Shown: piece by piece, positions 30,749 through 40,772 of the stretch
Position numbering within the stretch: the stretch's first letter is position 1
Layout: every line of letters begins with the position of its first letter
From: an uncultured Pelagibacteraceae bacterium
GTDB taxonomy: Bacteria > Pseudomonadota > Alphaproteobacteria > Pelagibacterales > Pelagibacteraceae
Assembly (NCBI GenBank): GCA_902524955.1
Contig: CABZEY010000002.1
Coordinates: 56,391 to 120,390, forward strand
Direction: 5' to 3'
Length of the DNA: 64,000 bases
Position numbers and translations under genes: made by a program
The notes under the pieces: generated by a model
What the model was told of the DNA's origin: nothing
Seen by the model: only the letters and a program-made list of their open reading frames with translations
Database searches by the model: none

Positions 30749-32219
30749 CCTTGGTATACACTCTCTTTAAAATCTTTATAATTAAAAAATAAATTTAATC
30801 TTTTAATTGGTATTTCTTTTTTTAATTGTTCAAAAGTTGACCCTGGTCCACTGCAATGCTCATATTTTATTATTTCTGGTCTAATTGCTTTTGCTAATTT
30901 AAAAGCTGAATAACTCATCCAATAAAATATTTTAGCATCAAACAAATTCTTTATTGTTTTTGAGTTTATTTGAGGAATAAGTTCATAACCATCAATCTGC
31001 TTAGTTTTGTAGATTGACATACTATTTTTATAACTAATTTTTTTGATATTTTTGTAATTTCTATAGTAAATTTCTGGGAGACGATAATCTTCACCCAGGC
31101 CATCAAATGTGCATTGTGCAATTTTTTTTTGACTTGAAACTTTTTTCCATGTTTGAGTCCCACTAGTTATAAAAAAATTACTTGAATTTAAATCCTTAAT
31201 TGAAAAATCCGGTCTGGTTAAAATAATAGTAGAATTTTTTATCTGAGGTAACTTTAATTTAATTCTATCAAACATTTGATAATCTTTGATATTCTGTGGA
31301 AAAATAGATTTTGTTTTTCTTATAATTTGTTTAGTTAAAATTCTATTTTTATGAAATGGTTTGTTATTTTTAGTATCAATTCCTTTGCTAAATAAGAAAT
31401 TATTTTTTTTAATATTCTCAATTGTAATACCAATATCTAAGCCGCAGCCACCTCCATATTTTTTTAAAAGGTCTCTTTCTTGATTGCAAATATTCAAAGT
31501 TTTATTACAATTTATTCTTCTTAAGATAGATTTAGTTTTTTTATCTTTTTTTAAATACTCAATAGCTATCGCTCCTTGGCTAGCAGCAGTTGGAAAAACT
31601 GATAATGGTAAAATAAAAGGTTTAAATTTTTTAAATAAATTTAAAAATTTTTGAGTTTCCTTTTTATCTATTTTATTTCCGAATTTATATATTCTATCGA
31701 TTGCTGCTTTAGCAATAAAAACTGCATCATATTCATTTTTTGATAAAACCTTAAGTAATCTTGTGGGAACGTTTCCTCTTATCATCTTTGTTTTAAAATT
31801 TTTTTCTCCAATATAGTCTTTTAGATCTTTAGCAGATGATTTTCTTCTGGGTGATGACGTACCTAAAATTAAATTTTTTTATTTAATGATCTTTTTTTTA
31901 CCAAAAGTACATCTCGTGGATCATCTCTTTTAATTGTAAAATAATCTGTTCTAGATTTTAAAACAGGTAAATCTTTAAAGGAATGAACAACACAATCGTA
32001 GTTTTTATTTAAAAGCTTATTGGTTAGTGAACCAGTGAAAATACCGTATCCTGAATCTTTCCATGGAGCCGCACCCTGATTCTCATCTCCTTTGGTTGAT
32101 GAATATTGAGTAAAGATTTTTATATTTTTAATTTTTTTCTTTAATTCTTGTTTTACGATAAAAGTTTGGATTCTAGCTAAAAAACTAGCTCTTGAACCAA
32201 TTATTAAACTCATAGACAT
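30745..32219 (-). CDS. hemC: Hydroxymethylbilane synthase with ~180-aa C-terminal extension (apparent -1 frameshift in A7 run at 31874-31880)
   Basis: IGSR.S.LA.IQ, TKGD, VHSFKDLP, RDDPRD in ORF 31869-32219; adding one A gives ...LILGTSSPRR...IRGNVPTRL, A.SQGAIAIE, GGGC in frame with 30745-31785 (about 491 aa). Confidence 0.88.
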
Positions 32220-32305
32220 TTTCTAGATTATACTTGTCTTTTTATAGATGATAAGTGCGTCTATTTAGGTATTTTATTAGAATAACTTTGGGTTATAAGC
32301 GTTAT

Positions 32306-33577
32306 ATGGCAAGTCAAAAATCTCATAATTGGAAATCAACGTATCACTCGATTTTTGACCAAAGACTGCAAGAGATTAAAAATGAAGGCCATTATAGATA
32401 TTTTAATGAAATAGAGAGAAAAGCTGGACAATATCCAAAAGCCTTGCACCACAAAGACGGTAAGACAAAAGAGATAGATGTATGGTGCTCAAATGATTAT
32501 TTGAGCATGAGTCAAAACGAGGATGTGATGTCAGCAATGAAAAACGCTGTTGATCAGTTAGGTGCAGGATCTGGAGGAACTAGAAATATATCTGGTACAA
32601 CAAGATTTCACGTCGAATTAGAGGAAAGAATTGCAAAACTTCATGGCAAAGAAAGAGCTTTAGCATTTAACTCTGGTTACAGCGCAAATGATTCGGCTTT
32701 AACATCAATTTTATCCGCGATTGAAAACTGCTTAGTTTTAAGTGATGAATTAAATCATGCTTCTTTAATAGAGGGAATTCGAGCTAGTAAAAGAGAAAAG
32801 GTTATTTATAAACACAACGACGTAGATCATTTGAGAGGCGTACTTAAAGGTATTCCGTTCAGTCGTCCTAAAATGATTGTTTTAGAGTCAGTTTATTCAA
32901 TGGAAGCAGACTTTGCTCCTCTCCAAAATATAGTTGAAATTGCCAATGAAAGTGGTGCTTTAATTTATCTAGATGAGGTGCATGCAGTCGGTCTTTACGG
33001 TTCAAATGCTGCTGGAGTTGCTGAGCAAGAAGGTGTTTCAGATCAAATTGATATTATAAATGGTACGCTTGCTAAAGCTTTTGGATTAGCCGGAGGATAT
33101 ATTGCATCAACGCACTCTGTTATTGATTTTGTTAGAAGTTTTTCAAAAGGATTTATATTTACAACTTCAATGTGTCCAGCAGTTGCTGCGGGAACACTGA
33201 AAAGTGTTGAAACGGTTCAAAACAAACCTGAAATAAGATCAAAATTTTTTGATAATATCAAATTAGTAAAATCTGAATTAGAAGCTGCTGGTATTCCTTT
33301 TTTAGATTCCGGTTCTCATATAATACCAGTAATTATTGGAGAAAGTAAACTTTGTAAAAAAATAAGCGACTATTTGTTAGAAGAACATCAAGTCTATGTT
33401 CAACCGATTAACTTTCCAACAGTACCAAAAGGAACTGAGAGAATAAGAATAACTCCAACACCAAGCCATTCGAAAGAAGACATAAAAAAATTTGTAAATG
33501 CTCTTACTCAGGCATGGACAAAGTTTATACCAAAGCATAATCAGCTGTCTTCATATGATATTCAGGTAAAAAAATAA
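32306..33577 (+). CDS. hemA: 5-aminolevulinate synthase (C4/Shemin pathway)
   Basis: VWCSNDYL, GSGGTRNISG, NHASLIEGI, DEVHAVG, GTLAKAFG, FIFTTS; start at ATG 32306. Confidence 0.96.
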   Translation: MASQKSHNWKSTYHSIFDQRLQEIKNEGHYRYFNEIERKAGQYPKALHHKDGKTKEIDVWCSNDYLSMSQNEDVMSAMKNAVDQLGAGSGGTRNISGTTRFHVELEERIAKLHGKERALAFNSGYSANDSALTSILSAIENCLVLSDELNHASLIEGIRASKREKVIYKHNDVDHLRGVLKGIPFSRPKMIVLESVYSMEADFAPLQNIVEIANESGALIYLDEVHAVGLYGSNAAGVAEQEGVSDQIDIINGTLAKAFGLAGGYIASTHSVIDFVRSFSKGFIFTTSMCPAVAAGTLKSVETVQNKPEIRSKFFDNIKLVKSELEAAGIPFLDSGSHIIPVIIGESKLCKKISDYLLEEHQVYVQPINFPTVPKGTERIRITPTPSHSKEDIKKFVNALTQAWTKFIPKHNQLSSYDIQVKK

Positions 33578-33607
33578 CCTCGCATTAGTTTTTAAATACG
33601 AGGTTAT
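33574..33607 (-). terminator. Hairpin between convergent hemA and katG (probable terminator)
   Basis: Minus strand AUAACCUCGUAUU / AAUGCGAGGUUAU 13-bp stem with one U.G, followed by a U run. Confidence 0.7.
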
Positions 33608-33620
33608 AATTTAATTAAAT

Positions 33621-35828
<2,208 letters not shown>

Positions 35829-35898
35829 TTATAAAAAAATTTCATAATTTTTCAATAAATAGTTGGTTGAAAAGGATTAATTAACTAATTTGTCACAA

Positions 35899-36972
35899 TC
35901 AAAAACATACCAAATGATCAATATAAATTGGAGTTTTAAGACCAAATTTTTCATCTTCGTGATGCAGATGTTCATGATGGGAATGGACAAAAACAGGAAT
36001 TTTTAAATCTGAAGGTGTTTTTAAAGTATAAATAAAACTTGTTCCTCTGAATTTCTTATCAATTACTTGAAATTTTAAATTACTAGAGTCATCATGCTCT
36101 AAATCTTCTGGCTGGATTAAAAGATTTACTTTTTCGCCACTTTGGAAGTTTTTAATTAGTTTTCCTTTAATTTGACCCAGATCTTCATTGTAGAGAGTGT
36201 CATGAGATTGAACAGTTGCAGGAACAAGAACACCTCGATTAAAAAATTTTACCACGTCTTGAGAATTTGGAATGTGATGGATGTTGTAAGGACTATCAAA
36301 TTGTACAATTTTTTTATTTAATAGTATTCCACAGTAGTCACCTAAATAAAAAGCTTCATATTTATCATGTGTCACAATGATAGTAGTTATTTTACATGTT
36401 TTGATAATTTCTTTTAAATTTTCTTGAACTTTTTCTTTTAAATTTTGATCTAAATTTGAAAAGGGTTCATCTAAAAGTAGTAAATCCGGATTATGAATAA
36501 TGGATCGCACTAAACAAACTCTTTGGGACTGGCCGGCACTTATTTCGTGAGGATACTTATTTTTTAATTCAGGTATAAAAAAAAGATCTAATAATTCGTC
36601 CATCGAGTATTTAAGTGGACCGTTTTTGTTTTTTGAGCAAAACAAAGATCTTTTAATTCCAAATTTAATATTTTCTTCAACAGTATAGTGTGGAAAAAGC
36701 GCATTCTCTTGAAAACTTAAAGCTATATTTCTATCTTCAGGCTCAATAAAATTATTTTTATCTGTTAATATTTTATTGTTTAAAATCACTGCACCTTTAT
36801 CAATTTCTCTCAAACCAGCGATGGATCTTAAAATTGTTGTTTTACCGATTCCAGATGGACCTAATATACAAACTATATCACCCTGGTTTTTTATATTAAA
36901 GGATATATCGTTTAATATTAATTCATTTTTAATTGAAAAGCTTAAATCCTTTATCTCTAAATAATTTTCCAT
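35899..36972 (-). CDS. Fe3+ ABC transporter ATP-binding subunit (FbpC-like)
   Basis: GPSGIGKTT, FQ..ALFPH, LLLDEPFS, VTHD; His-rich C-terminal domain. Confidence 0.9.
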   Translation of the reverse strand: MENYLEIKDLSFSIKNELILNDISFNIKNQGDIVCILGPSGIGKTTILRSIAGLREIDKGAVILNNKILTDKNNFIEPEDRNIALSFQENALFPHYTVEENIKFGIKRSLFCSKNKNGPLKYSMDELLDLFFIPELKNKYPHEISAGQSQRVCLVRSIIHNPDLLLLDEPFSNLDQNLKEKVQENLKEIIKTCKITTIIVTHDKYEAFYLGDYCGILLNKKIVQFDSPYNIHHIPNSQDVVKFFNRGVLVPATVQSHDTLYNEDLGQIKGKLIKNFQSGEKVNLLIQPEDLEHDDSSNLKFQVIDKKFRGTSFIYTLKTPSDLKIPVFVHSHHEHLHHEDEKFGLKTPIYIDHLVCF

Positions 36973-38598
36973 TTAAAAACCTTTTAATATATTTTTTCTT
37001 GAAGTTAATATTATTAGACTAGCAAAAAATATTAAGAACAAGCTTGGAGTTGCAGTAAATTCTAACATATCCTGAGATGCAAATATATATGCTTGGGTTG
37101 CAAAAGTGTCAAAATTATAAGGTCTTAATATTAAAGTTAATGGTAATTCTTTTAATATATCTATAGATACTAACATTGAAATAAGGATTAAGTTTTTTTT
37201 TAAGAAAGGAAAATGAACCTCAACAAATGTGCCCAATTTTGAATTACCCATCAAATAACTTACATCATCTAATGATTTGTTTAATTTTTCGTAACCAGTT
37301 TTTATTCCGTTTATTGCCAAAGAATAAAAACGAACACAATAGGCAATTATAAGGCCAAATATAGTACCAATAAAAATTAATTTTAAATTTTCATTACCAA
37401 AATAGTCACTTACGAAAGAAATAAAACTTAATAACGTAACAGCTAAAATAATTCCAGGTATAGCATAACCGCTGACAGAAAAATTTGTAATAACTGAAAG
37501 AAATTTACTTTCTGTAATTCTCATTCCATAATTAGTAACGAATGATAATGATATGAGAATTACAGTTGTCAAAACTACTAATTGCAGAGTATTAATAGTT
37601 AAATCAACAATTTGAGGTAAGTTAAAATTTGAGGGAAATTTAATTATCCAAAATAACATTTGAGAAACAGGAAAAATAAATGAAAGAAAAAATAATATCA
37701 TTAATAATGAGAATGCTAACCATTTTATTTTTCCTTTAAGAACTTTCTTTTGTATAGTTAAATATCCTCTAGAAGGGATGCTAAATCTAGATCTACCCCT
37801 AGACTTTCTTTCAAATGTAAAAAAGACTAAGATAAAAAATATAAGAAAAAAAGATAGTTGATATGCTGTATTAATATCATCATAAATGATCCAGCTATCA
37901 TAAATTGCAGTTGTTAAGCTTTGAACATTAAAAAAGGCGACCGTTCCAAAATCAGAAACACATTCCATCGCAACTAACGATAGACCCGCAACAATACCAG
38001 GTCTGGCTGATGGTAATAGAATTCTTTTAAAAATTTGATAATCACTGAAACCCATATTTTTACCGGCATCAATTTGGCTTTGTGATTGGTAAATAAAACA
38101 GGCTCTAGTGATAAGATATACATAAACATACAATGAAAACGAAATTGATAAAATACTACCAAATAAGCTATCTATTCTTGGTATATAGTCGTTATAGTTT
38201 CCATCTCCAAAAATGAATTTTAAAATAGAGTATAAATTTCCAAAATACTCAAAAAATGCTGTTAATGAGTAAGCATAAATATAACCAGGTACCGCAAAAG
38301 ATAAAATAAGTGCCCATGTAAAAAAGCTAGACCCTGGAAATTTATAGAAGGATACAAGGTATGCGCTACCAACCCCAAATATAAATGTAAAAATTAAAAC
38401 ACCAATTAAAAGTCCTAAAGTATTTAAAATATATAAATATAAATAAGTATCTTTTAAAAGTTCGTAATATCCAGACAACTCACCAAAAAAACTAGTTGAG
38501 ATAACAATTATTGGAATACAAACTATTGTTGAAATTAAAAGTGAACTAACTAACCAATAATTAAATTTGGGTAATTTTAAATACTTTTGTGAGAGCAT
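36973..38598 (-). CDS. Fe3+ ABC transporter permease (FbpB-like)
   Basis: Two-repeat permease, AVPGYIYAY, LP.ARP, DFGTV, GYAIPG, KELP.TLILRP; start at ATG 38598 with AAAGGA 12 nt upstream (TTG 38607 is an alternative). Confidence 0.9.
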   Translation of the reverse strand: MLSQKYLKLPKFNYWLVSSLLISTIVCIPIIVISTSFFGELSGYYELLKDTYLYLYILNTLGLLIGVLIFTFIFGVGSAYLVSFYKFPGSSFFTWALILSFAVPGYIYAYSLTAFFEYFGNLYSILKFIFGDGNYNDYIPRIDSLFGSILSISFSLYVYVYLITRACFIYQSQSQIDAGKNMGFSDYQIFKRILLPSARPGIVAGLSLVAMECVSDFGTVAFFNVQSLTTAIYDSWIIYDDINTAYQLSFFLIFFILVFFTFERKSRGRSRFSIPSRGYLTIQKKVLKGKIKWLAFSLLMILFFLSFIFPVSQMLFWIIKFPSNFNLPQIVDLTINTLQLVVLTTVILISLSFVTNYGMRITESKFLSVITNFSVSGYAIPGIILAVTLLSFISFVSDYFGNENLKLIFIGTIFGLIIAYCVRFYSLAINGIKTGYEKLNKSLDDVSYLMGNSKLGTFVEVHFPFLKKNLILISMLVSIDILKELPLTLILRPYNFDTFATQAYIFASQDMLEFTATPSLFLIFFASLIILTSRKNILKGF

Positions 38599-38649
38599 AA
38601 TGATCAAATTTCCTTTATATTAATAATTTAACATAATAATCTTTTATAA

Positions 38650-38743
38650 TTAAAATAGACGAGGCCTCTCAAATCTAACAAAACACAAATGCTCTCACAA
38701 ATTTGAGTTTTAATTGAATTAAAAAAGACCTCATCTATTTTAA
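38650..38743 (-). promoter_or_regulatory. Long intercistronic RNA hairpin whose loop is antisense to the permease start region
   Basis: Basal stem UAAAAUAGAUGAGGUCUUUU / GAGAGGCCUCGUCUAUUUUA (G.U only on mRNA strand); apical UUUGUGAGAGCAU (38701-38689) complementary to AUGCUCUCACAAA (38598-38586). Confidence 0.7.
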
Positions 38744-38748
38744 GTTCT

Positions 38749-38807
38749 AAAACGAGACCATCAATCGTTAAAAATCTGGGGAAGTTTAAAGTTAATGGTC
38801 TCATTTT
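38749..38807 (-). terminator. Hairpin immediately after the Fe-binding protein gene (terminator/stabiliser)
   Basis: AAAAUGAGACCAUUAA / UUGAUGGUCUCGUUUU 16-bp stem with 2 G.U, 9 nt after the stop codon. Confidence 0.7.
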
Positions 38808-38816
38808 TTCAAATCT

Positions 38817-39836
38817 CTACTTCCATCCAGCTTTTTTCATGAGAGCCAGAGCTTTTTTTTGATTTTGGTAGTACTTTGAAACTTTAGTTTTTGTATCCTG
38901 TTTAAATGAAGTTCCAAATTGTGAAATTAATTTGTTTGGTTTTACCCCATCAATCATAGGATACTCAAAAGTATTATTTACAATATGCTGTTGAGCTTCT
39001 TTCGTAACGAGGAACTCTAAAAATTTAATAGCATTTGCTTTATTAGGTGAGTGTTTTGTTACGCCACCACCACTTATATTCATGTGCGTACCTCTATTAT
39101 TTTGATTTGGAAATACAGGTTTAACTTTTTTCGCTGCCGCTTGTTGTTCAGGTCCCTTTTTACCCGATAACATTAAAGCAATATAATAAGAGTTAGCAAC
39201 AGCTAGTTTAGCTTTACCTGCAGCCACCGCCATTATTTGAGCTCTATCATTACCTTTAGGATCTCGAGCCATATTGTCTACGATACCTTTCGCCCATTTT
39301 CCTGTTTTTGCTGATCCATTATTAGCAATAAGTGATGCTACTAAAGACTTATTGTAAGTATTGCTCGAAGCTCTTATCACAACCGAGTTTTGATATTTTG
39401 GATTAGATAAGTCTTCGTAATTAAGTCCTTTGGCTTCGTCGGCAGACATCAATTTGGGATTATAATAAATAACTCTAGCTCTTTTAGCTACACCATACCA
39501 ATGTGATGTCCTAAAATTTGCAGGAATTTTTGATTTAAGAGTTTTTGAGTTAATACTTTGAAAAACCCCTTTGGCTTTTGCTGAGCCTAAATTTCCAGCG
39601 TCTACTGTTATAAATACATCCGCTTTAGAAGATTTGCCTTCAGATAAAATCCTTTTTTCCAAAGCTTTTGCTTTACCACTTACAACGTTAACCTTTATAC
39701 CAGTTTTAGCGGTAAATTTTTTATATAATTTTACATCAGAGTCATAATGGCGTGATGTAAATACATTTACTTCATTAGCGTAACAGCTACCAAAGGTGAG
39801 AGCTAAAAATGTAAAAAATGACAATATTTTTTTCAT
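38817..39836 (-). CDS. Fe3+ ABC transporter substrate-binding protein (FutA/FbpA-like)
   Basis: Signal peptide, EVNVFTSRHY, SSNTYN.SL, GNDRAQI, NSYY, G.H.NISG, EYP. Confidence 0.93.
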   Translation of the reverse strand: MKKILSFFTFLALTFGSCYANEVNVFTSRHYDSDVKLYKKFTAKTGIKVNVVSGKAKALEKRILSEGKSSKADVFITVDAGNLGSAKAKGVFQSINSKTLKSKIPANFRTSHWYGVAKRARVIYYNPKLMSADEAKGLNYEDLSNPKYQNSVVIRASSNTYNKSLVASLIANNGSAKTGKWAKGIVDNMARDPKGNDRAQIMAVAAGKAKLAVANSYYIALMLSGKKGPEQQAAAKKVKPVFPNQNNRGTHMNISGGGVTKHSPNKANAIKFLEFLVTKEAQQHIVNNTFEYPMIDGVKPNKLISQFGTSFKQDTKTKVSKYYQNQKKALALMKKAGWK

Positions 39837-39863
39837 ATATTTTCCTTTTTATTTTTAGCGTTT

Positions 39864-39933
39864 AATTGTGAGCCCAGGCCATCGCACAACTTTAAAGAGA
39901 AGGGTTATTAACCTAAGCTCAATAATACTCTTT
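39864..39933 (-). promoter_or_regulatory. Structured 5' leader of the iron-transporter mRNA (two hairpins or one alternative 13-bp helix)
   Basis: Stems AAAGAG/CUCUUU plus UUAUUGA/UUAAUAA, and AGUUGUG/CACAAUU; alternative UGAGCUUAGGUUA/UGGCCUGGGCUCA. Confidence 0.55.
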
Positions 39934-39948
39934 GCTGAATTTTCTAGT

Positions 39949-39963
39949 TAAGAATAATTCTTA
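39949..39963. promoter_or_regulatory. Fur/Irr-like operator 1
   Basis: Perfect 7-1-7 palindrome TAAGAAT-A-ATTCTTA upstream of the Fe3+-binding protein gene. Confidence 0.7.
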
Positions 39964-39966
39964 TTA

Positions 39967-39995
39967 AGAATATAGTATTTAAGAATCATTCTCAA
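39967..39995 (-). promoter_or_regulatory. Sigma70-like promoter of the iron ABC operon
   Basis: TTGAGA-17 nt-TATTCT on the minus strand, flanked by the two operators. Confidence 0.55.
39979..39995. promoter_or_regulatory. Fur/Irr-like operator 2
   Basis: TTAAGAAT-C-ATTCTCAA, near-palindrome over the putative -35 and inside the end of the upstream CDS. Confidence 0.7.
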
Positions 39996-40293
39996 GAGTT
40001 TTTTTGTAGGATTTGTCCCTAATTTGAATCCTATTTTCTTTAAATTTTTTAAGGTTTTTAATGCTTTTAGTATGTACCCTTCGTCTCCATAATTTAAACG
40101 ACGAACTCTTTAATGACGATCTCATGATTTTAATAACTTCACCCTCTGATTTACCGGTCTCTCTCTTAATATCTTCAAAGGTTATTCGGTCTGCCCAAGC
40201 AGCCCAAATAATCCAATCTTTGGATTTTTTATTCTGAGGCTGTGGATTTGAAGTTTTAGTTATTGGCCTTTTAAAAGATTTACGAGTAACCAC
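39979..40293 (-). CDS. TIGR03643/DUF2805-family small protein
   Basis: AW.DRITFE.IK...G.SE.EVIKIMR..LK.SSFKLWR.RV. Confidence 0.8.
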   Translation of the reverse strand: MVTRKSFKRPITKTSNPQPQNKKSKDWIIWAAWADRITFEDIKRETGKSEGEVIKIMRSSLKSSSFKLWRRRVHTKSIKNLKKFKENRIQIRDKSYKKTLENDS

Positions 40294-40772
40294 TAATCTC
40301 TTTCTTTAAGAAATTTAATCATAGTTTTTGGATCGCTAACATCAAATTTACCATTCTCATCTTTATATAACTTAATTATTTGTGTATCGTCTACATACAT
40401 TGAGTACCTAAAAGACCGTGGCCCCATACCTGATGCGCTTCGATCTGAAATCATATTCATATCATTTGTAAAAGAGCCATTTCCATCTGAAAGAAATTTT
40501 ACATTTTTTATTTCAGATATCTCTTTCCATTTTTCTATTACATATGGGTCGTTCATACTTATACAATATACTTCATCTATACCAAGTGATTTTATTTTTT
40601 GGTACTCTTGTTCGTAAGCAGGTAAATGATAATCGGAACAAGTTGGAGTAAAGGCACCCGGTAAGGCAAAGGCAACAATTTTTTTTCCTTTAAAATAATC
40701 AATGATATTTTTCTCTAAAAACTTTTGATTTTCTCTAATAACAATTACTGAATTTGGAATATATTTTAACAT
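40293..40772 (-). CDS. Peroxiredoxin (Prx5 type)
   Basis: LPGAFTPTCS..HLP, NDPYV..W, DGNGSFT, RS.RYSM. Confidence 0.93.
   Translation of the reverse strand: MLKYIPNSVIVIRENQKFLEKNIIDYFKGKKIVAFALPGAFTPTCSDYHLPAYEQEYQKIKSLGIDEVYCISMNDPYVIEKWKEISEIKNVKFLSDGNGSFTNDMNMISDRSASGMGPRSFRYSMYVDDTQIIKLYKDENGKFDVSDPKTMIKFLKERD

Noticed and set aside
17299-31880. Pseudogenisation or programmed frameshifting of lepB, hemH and hemC
   Set aside because: All three are single-base indels in A7-A9 runs within otherwise intact genes, in both directions; assembly homopolymer error is the simpler explanation
32220-32305. Possible Irr/Fur box or hairpins in the hemC-hemA divergent spacer
   Set aside because: Only a half-site (TTAGAATAA) and short 5-7 bp stems, not distinguishable from chance at this AT content
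35860-35887. Imperfect inverted repeat upstream of katG (TAGTTGGTTGA/TTAATTAACTA)
   Set aside because: Its G.U pairs work only on the non-coding strand and it is very AT-rich; no convincing OxyR or Fur motif
39864-39874. GCUCACA resemblance to the RyhB seed
   Set aside because: Only 7 nt, located within a leader, with no terminator defining a separate sRNA
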